Source: Candidatus Hermodarchaeota archaeon | GTDB lineage: Archaea; Asgardarchaeota; Hermodarchaeia; Hermodarchaeales; Hermodarchaeaceae | Reading direction: 5' to 3' | Length of the DNA: 64,000 bases | Assembly (NCBI GenBank): GCA_016839365.1 | Contig: JAEOUH010000070.1 | Coordinates: 68,166-132,165 of the forward strand | Part shown: positions 17,996 through 26,769 of the stretch, piece by piece | Layout of the letters: each line of letters starts with the position of its first letter | How positions within the stretch are numbered: the stretch's first letter is position 1 | Notes under the pieces: model-generated | The model's input: the letters and a program-made list of their open reading frames with translations, nothing else | Databases searched by the model: none | Told to the model about the DNA's origin: nothing | Position numbers and translations under genes: made by a program

Positions 17996-20900
17996 GCTGT
18001 TCCCTCCAATACTTCATGAAGGTATGGTGCTGTTGGGGTATCCTCTTTCGCAATCTCTTCGGGGGTACCAAACGCGATGACTTTACCACCTTGAGGACCT
18101 CCTACTGGACCAAGCTCAATAATCCAATCACATGATGCTAAAAGATGGGGGTGATGCTCAACAACCACAACAGTATGACCTTCATCAACTAGCCTGTTTA
18201 AAACCGCAACAAGGCGGGCAACATCTTCCATGTGGAGTCCTACAGTGGGTTCATCAAGAATATACAAAGTGGGTTCATTCGCTTTTTTAAGGAGTTCTTT
18301 GGCGATCTTCAAACGCTGAACTTCTCCACCCGATAAAGTGTAACTTTGTTGCCGCCAAACAAGATACCCTAATCCCACTTCTCTGACGACTCGTAATGGG
18401 TTACCTATTTGGGGGTCCTCTTTGAAAAGTTCATAGATTCCATCAAGAGTCATCCTATTTAGATCAGGGAGTGTGATATCATGGACTCGAACCTGCCAGG
18501 CTTCAGGTCGGTATCCAGTTCCTCGACATGTCTCACATTCCACAAGCTCATTCGGCAGGAATCCCATATCTAAGCGTAGAAAGCCTTGACCCCGACAAGC
18601 AGAACAGTCCCGGGCGAGATCTTTTTCTCCCAAACCCAAAGCCATAGCATCATCACTCTGTAGAAAGATCTTTGCCATTGGTTGGACTAGATTCAGGAAA
18701 TTGGCAGGACTTCGAATACCCTGTCGCGACTGGTCAACAATGAAGGTTCGTTTGGGATTGCCGCTAATCGAGTCATGAACTCCTGGTTCTAAAGGTTCCC
18801 GGGCGAATGATGAAGTATGCTTTTGTTTGACTAGCGCCCGACCCACTGTATCAATGAGGAGCGTACTTTTTCCTGATCCCGAAACGCCACAAATCCCAGT
18901 CAGTGTACCAAGTGGTAGGTGGACATCTTCCCCTCGTAAGTTGTTTTCCCGTGCTCCTTTAACTACCATCCAGCCCTGAGGGGGCCGTCGTTTTGTAGTA
19001 TCCATCCACTTCTGGAGCCCAGCTTTCTTTTCAGAGATGGCTGTTCTATCTTTTACCAACCATCTACCAGTAATCGTATTTGCCTTGATGATATCCGCTG
19101 GTTCGCCTTCTGCAACAATTTCGCCACCAAGAGCCCCTCCCTGTGGACCCATATCAATTAAATGATCAGCCGCACGGATAATCAACAGATCATGTTCGAC
19201 CACAATAACCGTATTACCCTCATCACGCAACTCTTGTAACGCATCAAGCAAGGCTTCTAGTTCGGAGGGGTGCATTCCACGAGAAGGTTCATCCACCAGA
19301 ATTGTTAACGAAGTCAATCCGCTCCCAAGGAGACTAGCAAGCTGAATGCGTTGGGCTTCTCCCGCAGACAAAGTCCCAATAGGGCGATTCAAATGTAGGT
19401 ATCCAATACCAACTTGTCGTAAGAAGCGTAATCGTCGATGAATGATATCAAGACTAGTATCGACTAATGGGATTTCGGCTGGTGGCTGGGGAATCTGATT
19501 GATAAGGGTTTCGAGTTCTGTGATGGCAAGCTCACTCATCTCAAAGATGTTCTTCCCTCGTAACGTCACTGCTAAGAACTCAGGTTTGAGACCTGCGCCA
19601 TTACATTCAGGGCATACAACTTCCTTGGTATAGGTTCCATGAATGTCCCAACTAAATATCCAACTTTCGGGGCGAAAGAAGCCCTTCCATGTCCACTTGG
19701 TCTGGCGTTCTTTTCCTTTCATTCGACCCGTTGATTTGCTAATGTAAGTGAAGTGATAGGTTTCCCCATCGCCATTTAAGAACGCTTCTTGAGCCTCCTT
19801 GGACATCTCATTCCATGGGGTTTTGAAAGGGTCAAAATCATAGCGCTTACCCAGCGCATGTATAATCGGTTGATCCTTGCAAAGATAGGTTTTTGGCCAG
19901 TATCCAGGTGAGTACATCGCTCCAGCACAAAGAGGTTTATCAGGATTCACAATGAGTTTTTCAGGTTGGGGTATGCGCTGAATTCCTAGCCCATTACACT
20001 TTTTGCATGAACTTGTCCAATGCGCAGAGGAGAAATACTGCGGGTTCGCCAAAGGCGCAGAAGCATCGCATTTGGAACATCGCCATTCATCGCCACGCTG
20101 CATCGGAGCACCACATGCTAAACAAGTTCGTTCTCCTAATGACGTGAAGAGGTTGGCAAGGTGGGGGCTAATTTCCGTGAGTGCACCGACAGTATTCCGA
20201 CGAGTGAACTGCGGGATGTGGCTCCAAAGATGGGCTCGGTGAGTCGCGACAGTTAGTGTCACTCCCAATCCAGTAATTGAATCAACAGTTGCTTCAGCAC
20301 CTTCACGGATTCCTTGGCGCTCATACATCGACAGTGTTTCAAGATATCTGCGGCGAGCCTCGGCTTGCAAAACATTTTGCACTAAACTTGACTTCCCAGA
20401 ACCAGACACACCCGTAACAACGGTTAATGAGCCCTTTGGAATGTCGACGTTGATCCCCTTCAAGTTGTTCGCTCGAGCATTTCGCACGGCAATAACAGGT
20501 GATTCAACAGGCTCTGTTTTCTCAGGCATTCCACGTGGCTGAATATGAGTTTCGTTTCTCAAAGCCTCGCCTGTTAAAGAGCCTTTGACATCCAACAACT
20601 GTTTTGGCGAACCCTCGTAGAGAAGTTCACCACCTTGTGGTCCTGCACCTGGACCAAGATCGATAATCCAGTCAGCTGCCTGCATAAAGTCGGTGTTGTG
20701 CTCAACTACTACAATGGTTGCTCCGTACCGCACCAATCGATCTAAAACCACAAGTAGTCCATTAAGATCATTTGGATGGAGTCCAGTTGAAGGCTCATCA
20801 AGGATAATTAGCTGATTTGTTAACCGGCTTCGCCCCAAAAACTTGGTGAGTTTCACCCGTTGAGCTTCACCACCTGAGAGGGTTGGTGAGGGTTGTCCCA

Positions 20901-22920
20901 ACTCCAGATACCCCAGCCCCACATCAGTTAGCGCTTTGAGAATGCGTTGAGCGGCTTCGCGTTTCGATTCAGACAAGTGTGGAGATTTTGTCAACATTTC
21001 CTCGGTATCAGCAATCGGAAGGGCATAGAAATCAGCAATGGAGAGTTGTTCCCCATTAAAGTCCACCAGCGCTGACAATACTTCTCGGCTAAAGCGTTGC
21101 CCCTTACATTCCTCACAGGGAAGCCAGATGGATGGGAGATATTGCATTTTCACTTCAGAAGCCCCGATGCCTTTACAAAGGGGGCAAGCACCTTCGGGAC
21201 GATTGAAAGAGAAGTGTGACTTTGATAGCCCTGTAGCCTCGGCAAAGAGATCACGGATAATATCTGCGAGTTTCGTATAGGTTGCTGGATTGGAGCGTGG
21301 GTTACGCCCAATGGGACTTTGGTCCACTAACACAGGCTTAATCGTTGCCCTTTCAATCTCTTCACACCCTATGGGTTTCTTCTGAGCCAAGGAGGGTACA
21401 AGCACATGCTCCACCAGGGTGCTTTTCCCTGAACCCGATACACCAGATATTACGGTCAAGCGACCCAATGGGATTTTCACATCGATATTCTTCAGGTTAT
21501 GTTGGTGCGCCTTCTTGACTGTAATGAAACTTTCTGGTTGCGAACGGGATTCAGGAGTAACAACGCGATTTCGGAGACTGAAATACTGTCCCGTGACGGT
21601 ATCCGCTAGCCACAACTGTTTGGGTGAGCCTTCAAAGATTACTTCTCCACCGTTCTTTCCAGCCCCAGGACCTAAGTCAATTGCATAATCGGCTGATGCA
21701 GCTGCTACTCGTTCATGTTCGACAAAGATCACAGGTCCGGATAATTCACGGAAAGCGGGTAGAAACCGGGCTATATCTGCTGGGTGCTGACCAATGGTTG
21801 GTTCATCTAGTACATGTATAACGTCTTCCAGACGACTGGACAAAGAAATAGCCAGCCTCACCCGCTGCGATTCACCTCGTGATAAGGTTGGAGATGACCG
21901 GTCCAAGGATACATATCCGAGTCCCACTCGCTCCAAGGCATCGAGCCGTCGCTGAATCTCGTAAAGTAATCGATTCGCCGTCGAAGGTAATTTCACACGC
22001 TTGAACAGTTTATGAGCTCCATCAACAGAAAGCGTGAGCAGTTCTGGTATTCGCATACCTTCCCAGCGGACTGTTGCAGCTTGAGGATGCATCCCAGTTC
22101 TATCACAGCGCTCGCAGCCCGTACCTTTGCAATAGGGGCATGGTTGATTGAAATGCGTTGGACGCAGCTCTCGAAAGCCTGTTCCACACACAGTGCAATT
22201 CTGTGTCGTTGTCAGGGTTAGGCTAGATTTCCTAGATGTTGAGCGGATAGCTCCTGCGCCTAACGCAGTTGCCTGTTGTGTAAGTTGTCGAATTTTCTTT
22301 GTTGAGGTTTTAGCATCAATTTCTCCGAGATAGAGGTCGATGGAATGAGGCTCTATTGGAGATAATGCGTTTCCTTGCCATTCTTTTCCATCAACAAATA
22401 ATCGTTCTTTCTCAAATTCGTTGCTCAGAGTCGCAAGCAGGGTCCTATGACTTCCCTGGACGTCCTTTAAGAGCGGTGCGAAGAGTTTGTGGGACTCCTC
22501 CCTAGACAAGGCTGTTAATTGTTCGAACAGTTCATCTTCGGTCAACACTGACAACGGTTCGTTGCATTTCAGACAATGACGAACTCCATAGTTCGCAAAG
22601 AGTAATCGTAAAAACGGGTGCAACCCCGACGCAGTTGCAAGGGTCGATCCCGGGTTTCGATTCAACAGATTTTGACCCACAGCAATTGCAGGTCCCAAAC
22701 CTGTGATTTTCTCAACATTCGCCGGGGCCAATCGTTGACCACCCCGACCATATAAGAAGACATCCAAGAAGCGCCTATTTGCTTCATGGTACAAAGTATC
22801 AAACACCAAGGAGGTCTTGCCTGAACCCGAGACCCCAGTGACCACAGTAAGTCCATCACGGAATCGAACATCAATATTCTTGAGGTTGTGCTCACTGGCA
22901 CCCTTCACATGGATGTCCAT
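17992..22920 (-). CDS. Tandem-fused UvrA-like protein (two UvrA2-type units, four ABC ATPase modules)
   Basis: Four Walker A GVSGSGK[TS] motifs were verified in the DNA at 22813-22836, 21421-21444, 20389-20412 and 18865-18888. There are four signatures (LSRGESQR, LSGGEAQR, LSAGEAQR, LSGGEVQR), four Walker B motifs (VLDEPT, ILDEPS, LVDEPS, ILDEPT) and Cys4 zinc modules in each half. Residues ~808-860 restart a UvrA N-terminus. Confidence 0.9.
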   Translation of the reverse strand: MDIHVKGASEHNLKNIDVRFRDGLTVVTGVSGSGKTSLVFDTLYHEANRRFLDVFLYGRGGQRLAPANVEKITGLGPAIAVGQNLLNRNPGSTLATASGLHPFLRLLFANYGVRHCLKCNEPLSVLTEDELFEQLTALSREESHKLFAPLLKDVQGSHRTLLATLSNEFEKERLFVDGKEWQGNALSPIEPHSIDLYLGEIDAKTSTKKIRQLTQQATALGAGAIRSTSRKSSLTLTTTQNCTVCGTGFRELRPTHFNQPCPYCKGTGCERCDRTGMHPQAATVRWEGMRIPELLTLSVDGAHKLFKRVKLPSTANRLLYEIQRRLDALERVGLGYVSLDRSSPTLSRGESQRVRLAISLSSRLEDVIHVLDEPTIGQHPADIARFLPAFRELSGPVIFVEHERVAAASADYAIDLGPGAGKNGGEVIFEGSPKQLWLADTVTGQYFSLRNRVVTPESRSQPESFITVKKAHQHNLKNIDVKIPLGRLTVISGVSGSGKSTLVEHVLVPSLAQKKPIGCEEIERATIKPVLVDQSPIGRNPRSNPATYTKLADIIRDLFAEATGLSKSHFSFNRPEGACPLCKGIGASEVKMQYLPSIWLPCEECKGQRFSREVLSALVDFNGEQLSIADFYALPIADTEEMLTKSPHLSESKREAAQRILKALTDVGLGYLELGQPSPTLSGGEAQRVKLTKFLGRSRLTNQLIILDEPSTGLHPNDLNGLLVVLDRLVRYGATIVVVEHNTDFMQAADWIIDLGPGAGPQGGELLYEGSPKQLLDVKGSLTGEALRNETHIQPRGMPEKTEPVESPVIAVRNARANNLKGINVDIPKGSLTVVTGVSGSGKSSLVQNVLQAEARRRYLETLSMYERQGIREGAEATVDSITGLGVTLTVATHRAHLWSHIPQFTRRNTVGALTEISPHLANLFTSLGERTCLACGAPMQRGDEWRCSKCDASAPLANPQYFSSAHWTSSCKKCNGLGIQRIPQPEKLIVNPDKPLCAGAMYSPGYWPKTYLCKDQPIIHALGKRYDFDPFKTPWNEMSKEAQEAFLNGDGETYHFTYISKSTGRMKGKERQTKWTWKGFFRPESWIFSWDIHGTYTKEVVCPECNGAGLKPEFLAVTLRGKNIFEMSELAITELETLINQIPQPPAEIPLVDTSLDIIHRRLRFLRQVGIGYLHLNRPIGTLSAGEAQRIQLASLLGSGLTSLTILVDEPSRGMHPSELEALLDALQELRDEGNTVIVVEHDLLIIRAADHLIDMGPQGGALGGEIVAEGEPADIIKANTITGRWLVKDRTAISEKKAGLQKWMDTTKRRPPQGWMVVKGARENNLRGEDVHLPLGTLTGICGVSGSGKSTLLIDTVGRALVKQKHTSSFAREPLEPGVHDSISGNPKRTFIVDQSRQGIRSPANFLNLVQPMAKIFLQSDDAMALGLGEKDLARDCSACRGQGFLRLDMGFLPNELVECETCRGTGYRPEAWQVRVHDITLPDLNRMTLDGIYELFKEDPQIGNPLRVVREVGLGYLVWRQQSYTLSGGEVQRLKIAKELLKKANEPTLYILDEPTVGLHMEDVARLVAVLNRLVDEGHTVVVVEHHPHLLASCDWIIELGPVGGPQGGKVIAFGTPEEIAKEDTPTAPYLHEVLEGTA

Positions 22921-23068
22921 CTACATCGTCCCAACGTAAATCGAAATCTTCTATTAGTCTTTGCAAATTCACGAAAGTCTCCTTAAACGTATAAAACTCA
23001 ACAGAGACAATAATAAAAGTAATCGACCGATCTGATGAAAACTCAAACTCCATTAATGGTGACACAAT

Positions 23069-23584
23069 TTGGATGAAGTTGTACTTGGCAAAGGAAAAAA
23101 ACTCCTCCTCATGGGAAGCAAAGCATACACAGACTCTGAACTCCCCAAAGTAGTAAAACAGCTACTCAATGCAGCTATTAAGGAACAGATGCAAATCGTT
23201 GTCGGTGAAGCCTCGGGGGCCTGCCGCCTTTACCAAGATTACCTTCATAGCCAAGGTTACCATGATGTTATCGTCGGACATGCTCGCAGCCTCCGATACA
23301 ATGCTGGCGATTGGCCGGATATCAAATACGGAGATAATCTTGTTGAACGCGAGCGCAACATGATTGAGGCCTGTGATTCAGCGATTATCATTTGGGTTAA
23401 CCAAAGCAGTCAAATCGCCGCGAACATTGAACGGCTGAAATGGCTAAGAAAACCCACGTTTCTTTATGAATGCTCAAGTTACTCCGATAAAGAAAGGATT
23501 GGACCACTTGATCCAAACCGAGTCTATCAACCCTTCCTTTATCAAAAATTCAAAGCTAAATACGGAAAGCCTCCGATTGGCTAA
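23069..23584 (+). CDS. Hypothetical protein, weak SLOG/DUF2493-like Rossmann pattern
   Basis: KKLLLMGSK...IVVGEASGACRLYQDYL...ERERNMIEACDSAIIIW resembles the G-rich nucleotide-binding loops of SLOG/LOG-type folds. The start is TTG, 6 nt after GGTGA. Confidence 0.35.
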   Translation: MDEVVLGKGKKLLLMGSKAYTDSELPKVVKQLLNAAIKEQMQIVVGEASGACRLYQDYLHSQGYHDVIVGHARSLRYNAGDWPDIKYGDNLVERERNMIEACDSAIIIWVNQSSQIAANIERLKWLRKPTFLYECSSYSDKERIGPLDPNRVYQPFLYQKFKAKYGKPPIG

Positions 23585-23684
23585 ACTTGGTCATTAAGCG
23601 AAACTCAATACTAAAACTACCCAAAACTCTGTTTACTCACGTTTTAAATAGCATCATCGGTTCGTGCCCTTTGGGGATATCACA

Positions 23685-24131
23685 ATGTCCGAACATCACT
23701 ACATACCATTAGATCAACTAGATCCTGGATATGAGAAACTCATTCCAGCGGAGGCAAACGTCCTCTACACGACTCGCGCTGAAGTACTCAAACGAGGTAT
23801 GGGCGCACACAAGAAATCTGGTTCCGTCGCTATCACTGATCAAGGCATCGCTTTCTACGCAGCGAAGACAGGGCTCTTTGAAGTATCCTTTGTTTCCATG
23901 GCTGCTGGTGCACTCGCAGGATTCATTCCCTGGGCGAGTATCCAAAAATTCGGTAACTACAAAGACAAGATACAAGTCAAACACACTATTCCCGATGCTC
24001 CCAAGAAGCAGCTGGAATGGTTCTTCAAGTGTGAACAATGCAAGCAATACGGCGAAGAGAAGAAAGACTTCGAAAGCCGGAAGAAAGGCTTCGGACCTTT
24101 CATCGAAGCTCTCTACAAGCAGAACAAGTAA
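23685..24131 (+). CDS. Hypothetical protein with a PH/GRAM-like core
   Basis: The ORF opens at GTG 23664, and the first ATG is at 23685 (MSEHHY...). SGSVAITDQGIAFY fits the G.l.lT...i.F strand pattern of bacterial PH/GRAM-like domains. No other motif was seen. Confidence 0.45.
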   Translation: MSEHHYIPLDQLDPGYEKLIPAEANVLYTTRAEVLKRGMGAHKKSGSVAITDQGIAFYAAKTGLFEVSFVSMAAGALAGFIPWASIQKFGNYKDKIQVKHTIPDAPKKQLEWFFKCEQCKQYGEEKKDFESRKKGFGPFIEALYKQNK

Positions 24132-24153
24132 TTCGGCACTTCCAGGCAGAGGA

Positions 24154-24195
24154 CTAGAAGGCTTCCTTCTAGCCTCTAACTTTTGTTTTTTTTAA
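24154..24195 (+). terminator. Hairpin plus T-tract terminator candidate
   Basis: CTAGAAGG-ctt-CCTTCTAG (8-bp perfect stem, 24154-24172) is followed by TTTTGTTTTTTTT (24181-24193), about 25 nt after the stop at 24131. Confidence 0.55.
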
Positions 24196-24302
24196 TTCCA
24201 ACCGTATCCATATCCAACCATATCTATGGATTCTTCTCCTTTGGATGTTGGTTTGAGTAATCATAAAAACTACTAACATACTAAGGACTGTGAGGTGAGA
24301 GA

Positions 24303-25043
24303 ATGTTGCTAGAAAAAACTGAGACTCCTGATCTCTTCGGGTTGATACTCAAGAAACAACTCAAATCCGAAGAACCTGTTTACCATCTCATTGAACGGGA
24401 AGATGGCTATATCCAATGCACTAGCACGTTGAAATATTTCGCCAAGAAGGAAGACTGGCCAGAAAACGAACAAGCCCTTCTTGAGCAAGCTGAATCGCCC
24501 GTTCTCGACATAGGTTGTGGAGCTGGACGACATGCGCTCTTCCTGCAAGAAAGGGGACTGGATGTTGTTGGCTTTGACATTTCAGAAGGAGCCATTTATG
24601 TCTGCAAAAAGCGTGGATTGAAGAAAGTCGTATTGGGTTCAGCAGCTAACTTACCCTCATTTAAACAGCCTTTCAACACTTTCCTTTTGCTTTTTAACAA
24701 CTTCGGCATTCTAGGAAATCAACCCAACACCCTCAGAATGCTTAAAAACCTACATCAACTTGGAACTCCAGATGCAAATATCATACTCTCCTCTGCAAAT
24801 GTAGAACAAACCAATGATCCATTTCATCTTGCATATCAAAAGCAGACTCTAGCGGCAGGACGTCTCAAAGGGGAAATAATCATTCGGTTCCGGTTACTCG
24901 GGTATTTTGGATCTTGGTTCGGCCTCTGGCTCCCCACCCGTAACCAATTTCAAGAGGCGACACAACAAGCGGGCTGGACAATTAGTAAAGACTCAGACAG
25001 AGAAGGATTTCACCACGTCATGCTCACCAAAGCGGAGCCATAA
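24303..25043 (+). CDS. Class I SAM-dependent methyltransferase
   Basis: Motif I VLDIGCGAGRHALFL followed by VVGFDIS. RBS GAGGTGA lies upstream. Confidence 0.8.
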   Translation: MLLEKTETPDLFGLILKKQLKSEEPVYHLIEREDGYIQCTSTLKYFAKKEDWPENEQALLEQAESPVLDIGCGAGRHALFLQERGLDVVGFDISEGAIYVCKKRGLKKVVLGSAANLPSFKQPFNTFLLLFNNFGILGNQPNTLRMLKNLHQLGTPDANIILSSANVEQTNDPFHLAYQKQTLAAGRLKGEIIIRFRLLGYFGSWFGLWLPTRNQFQEATQQAGWTISKDSDREGFHHVMLTKAEP

Positions 25044-25046
25044 CTC

Positions 25047-26378
25047 ATGATCATCGATGGCTACTCACAATTTGGAGCGACTGAACATTTAGCCGGATCA
25101 CTCCGCAATATTCTAGACCACTACGGAGTACAGGCACCCCATTCGGGTGAACCTTTCACCGAAGCCCTCCTCATGGGTATTGGAGGCGGACTCGGTGCAG
25201 AATACAATGTCACGGATTATAGAGGTACTAACCCATCTCGTCAACCCTACAATCAACTCACCATTCGATTCCATCATCTGAAAAACTACATTGAAAAGCA
25301 AGAACAGACCTTCTTACCGAAAGCTGCAGAACGGATTGGAGTCCAACTTACAACAAAATATTCAACCAGTCGAAATGCCGCTCATCACTTTCTTACCGAG
25401 TCACTCCAAGCTGGCAAACCCATAATGGTCCTCCTTTCTATCTGGCAAGGAATCTACTCTCATCATGACATAAAAACTCAGTACGAACAAAATCCTAATT
25501 TTTTCCCACCACTCCTGTATGACGAGTTTGTTAATTTTCTCCCCTATTACTCACTCCCGTACCCCTGGATTGTTGGACATCTAGCCACCGTGTATGGCAT
25601 AGACGATGATGCAGACAAAGTATACATCTCCGATTTCAGCAACCAACCCTTGACCCTCAGTACTCAACAGCTAGCTGAGTCACGCGACATCGTTAAAACA
25701 TGGAAAAACCGCGCTTACACCGTTAATCCTCCCAAAACCAAACCTGATCTTGCCAAAGCCATTCGACTGGGAATCCAGGATTGCGTCGAAAGCCTGCTCA
25801 ATGAGAAAACTATCTTTGCTGGTGCAAATTATCGAACCGAAGCCTGGCATCTTATAGCAACAAAAATCCGCAACTTCGAAAGTAAACGTGGGTGGCTGTC
25901 TCTCTTCCATGAACCCTGGCAGCTCTTTGATACCCTCACGCGAATCCATGCACAAATCGCCTTCTACAACAGCGATGGCGGCGCGCTCCGCTCCTCATAT
26001 GCAGATTTCTTGGAAGAGGCTAGTGACATCCTAAAGAAACCTGAACTCAAACAGATCGCCCACCAGTTCTACGATATCGGAATCATGTGGGACGAAATCG
26101 GCACCACAGCCCTCAACGATGACATCCCTGAACTCCTACACGCTAGACAAACCGCCCTAAACTGGCAAAACACTTTCAAAGTCCATGGAAGTTTCCAATC
26201 CAACTCTCTTGATACCCTCAGCAAGGAACTTCAGGGGATTCGAACCGAATTCTCCGAAGAATCCCCACTCACTCAACGGGAACTTACCACCCTCTTTGAA
26301 GAATTAGGTGCTCGATTTCATGAAGTATATGAGGCTGAAAAAAAGGCACTTACAGCACTCCGACTAGCGATGAAGTGA
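25047..26378 (+). CDS. BtrH_N / DUF4872-like protein
   Basis: The N-terminus ...FGATEHLAGSLRNILDHYGV...EALLMGIGGGLG parallels the ...GGKHCETTAL.N.L...G...E.M.FGLGGG pattern recalled for this family. It starts 4 nt after the methyltransferase stop. Confidence 0.45.
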   Translation: MIIDGYSQFGATEHLAGSLRNILDHYGVQAPHSGEPFTEALLMGIGGGLGAEYNVTDYRGTNPSRQPYNQLTIRFHHLKNYIEKQEQTFLPKAAERIGVQLTTKYSTSRNAAHHFLTESLQAGKPIMVLLSIWQGIYSHHDIKTQYEQNPNFFPPLLYDEFVNFLPYYSLPYPWIVGHLATVYGIDDDADKVYISDFSNQPLTLSTQQLAESRDIVKTWKNRAYTVNPPKTKPDLAKAIRLGIQDCVESLLNEKTIFAGANYRTEAWHLIATKIRNFESKRGWLSLFHEPWQLFDTLTRIHAQIAFYNSDGGALRSSYADFLEEASDILKKPELKQIAHQFYDIGIMWDEIGTTALNDDIPELLHARQTALNWQNTFKVHGSFQSNSLDTLSKELQGIRTEFSEESPLTQRELTTLFEELGARFHEVYEAEKKALTALRLAMK

Positions 26379-26388
26379 AATAGCCAAG

Positions 26389-26754
26389 TTAGACAAGCGC
26401 GGGGCATCCAGGGCACTCGTATTTTTCGCGCATCGGGCACTCACTGCAATTGGATCCACAGGGGGGAGAAGCGAGTTTCTTTTCGGGAAGTCGAAGCACG
26501 AATTTTTCAGGATAAAAAATGTTCTCAATGATGACCACCTCGATCGTCTTAGCGCCCAGTAGTTCAGGATTTTCTGCGGGTCCTTCAAACCACCACCTGC
26601 GTGATTCCGGCACAATGAAGCTCATCGAGACGATGTTGCCCGAAGTCCCCGCAACCACCAGATGCGGACAGTTCTTCATCGCGGAAACGATCCCCTCAGC
26701 TTTTGCAGGGCTTTCATACTCTGTAGCAAAAATACCCAAGATGTCTTTAGTCAA
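26389..26754 (-). CDS. Hypothetical protein ending in a half DUF3795-type Cys cluster
   Basis: The C-terminus is CGSNCSECPMREKYECPGCPA. The start is TTG and uncertain. It lies 15 nt downstream of the DUF3795-fusion gene. Confidence 0.4.
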   Translation of the reverse strand: MTKDILGIFATEYESPAKAEGIVSAMKNCPHLVVAGTSGNIVSMSFIVPESRRWWFEGPAENPELLGAKTIEVVIIENIFYPEKFVLRLPEKKLASPPCGSNCSECPMREKYECPGCPALV

Positions 26755-26769
26755 GGGAATCTCACTTCA

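Noticed and set aside
23731-24195. A 154-codon ORF overlapping the 23664/23685-24131 gene on the same strand in another frame
   Set aside because: Its translation is Ser/Arg/Lys/Thr-rich low-complexity sequence, typical of an out-of-frame read of a real gene. It has no motif and runs through the terminator hairpin. The other frame gives a normal globular composition.
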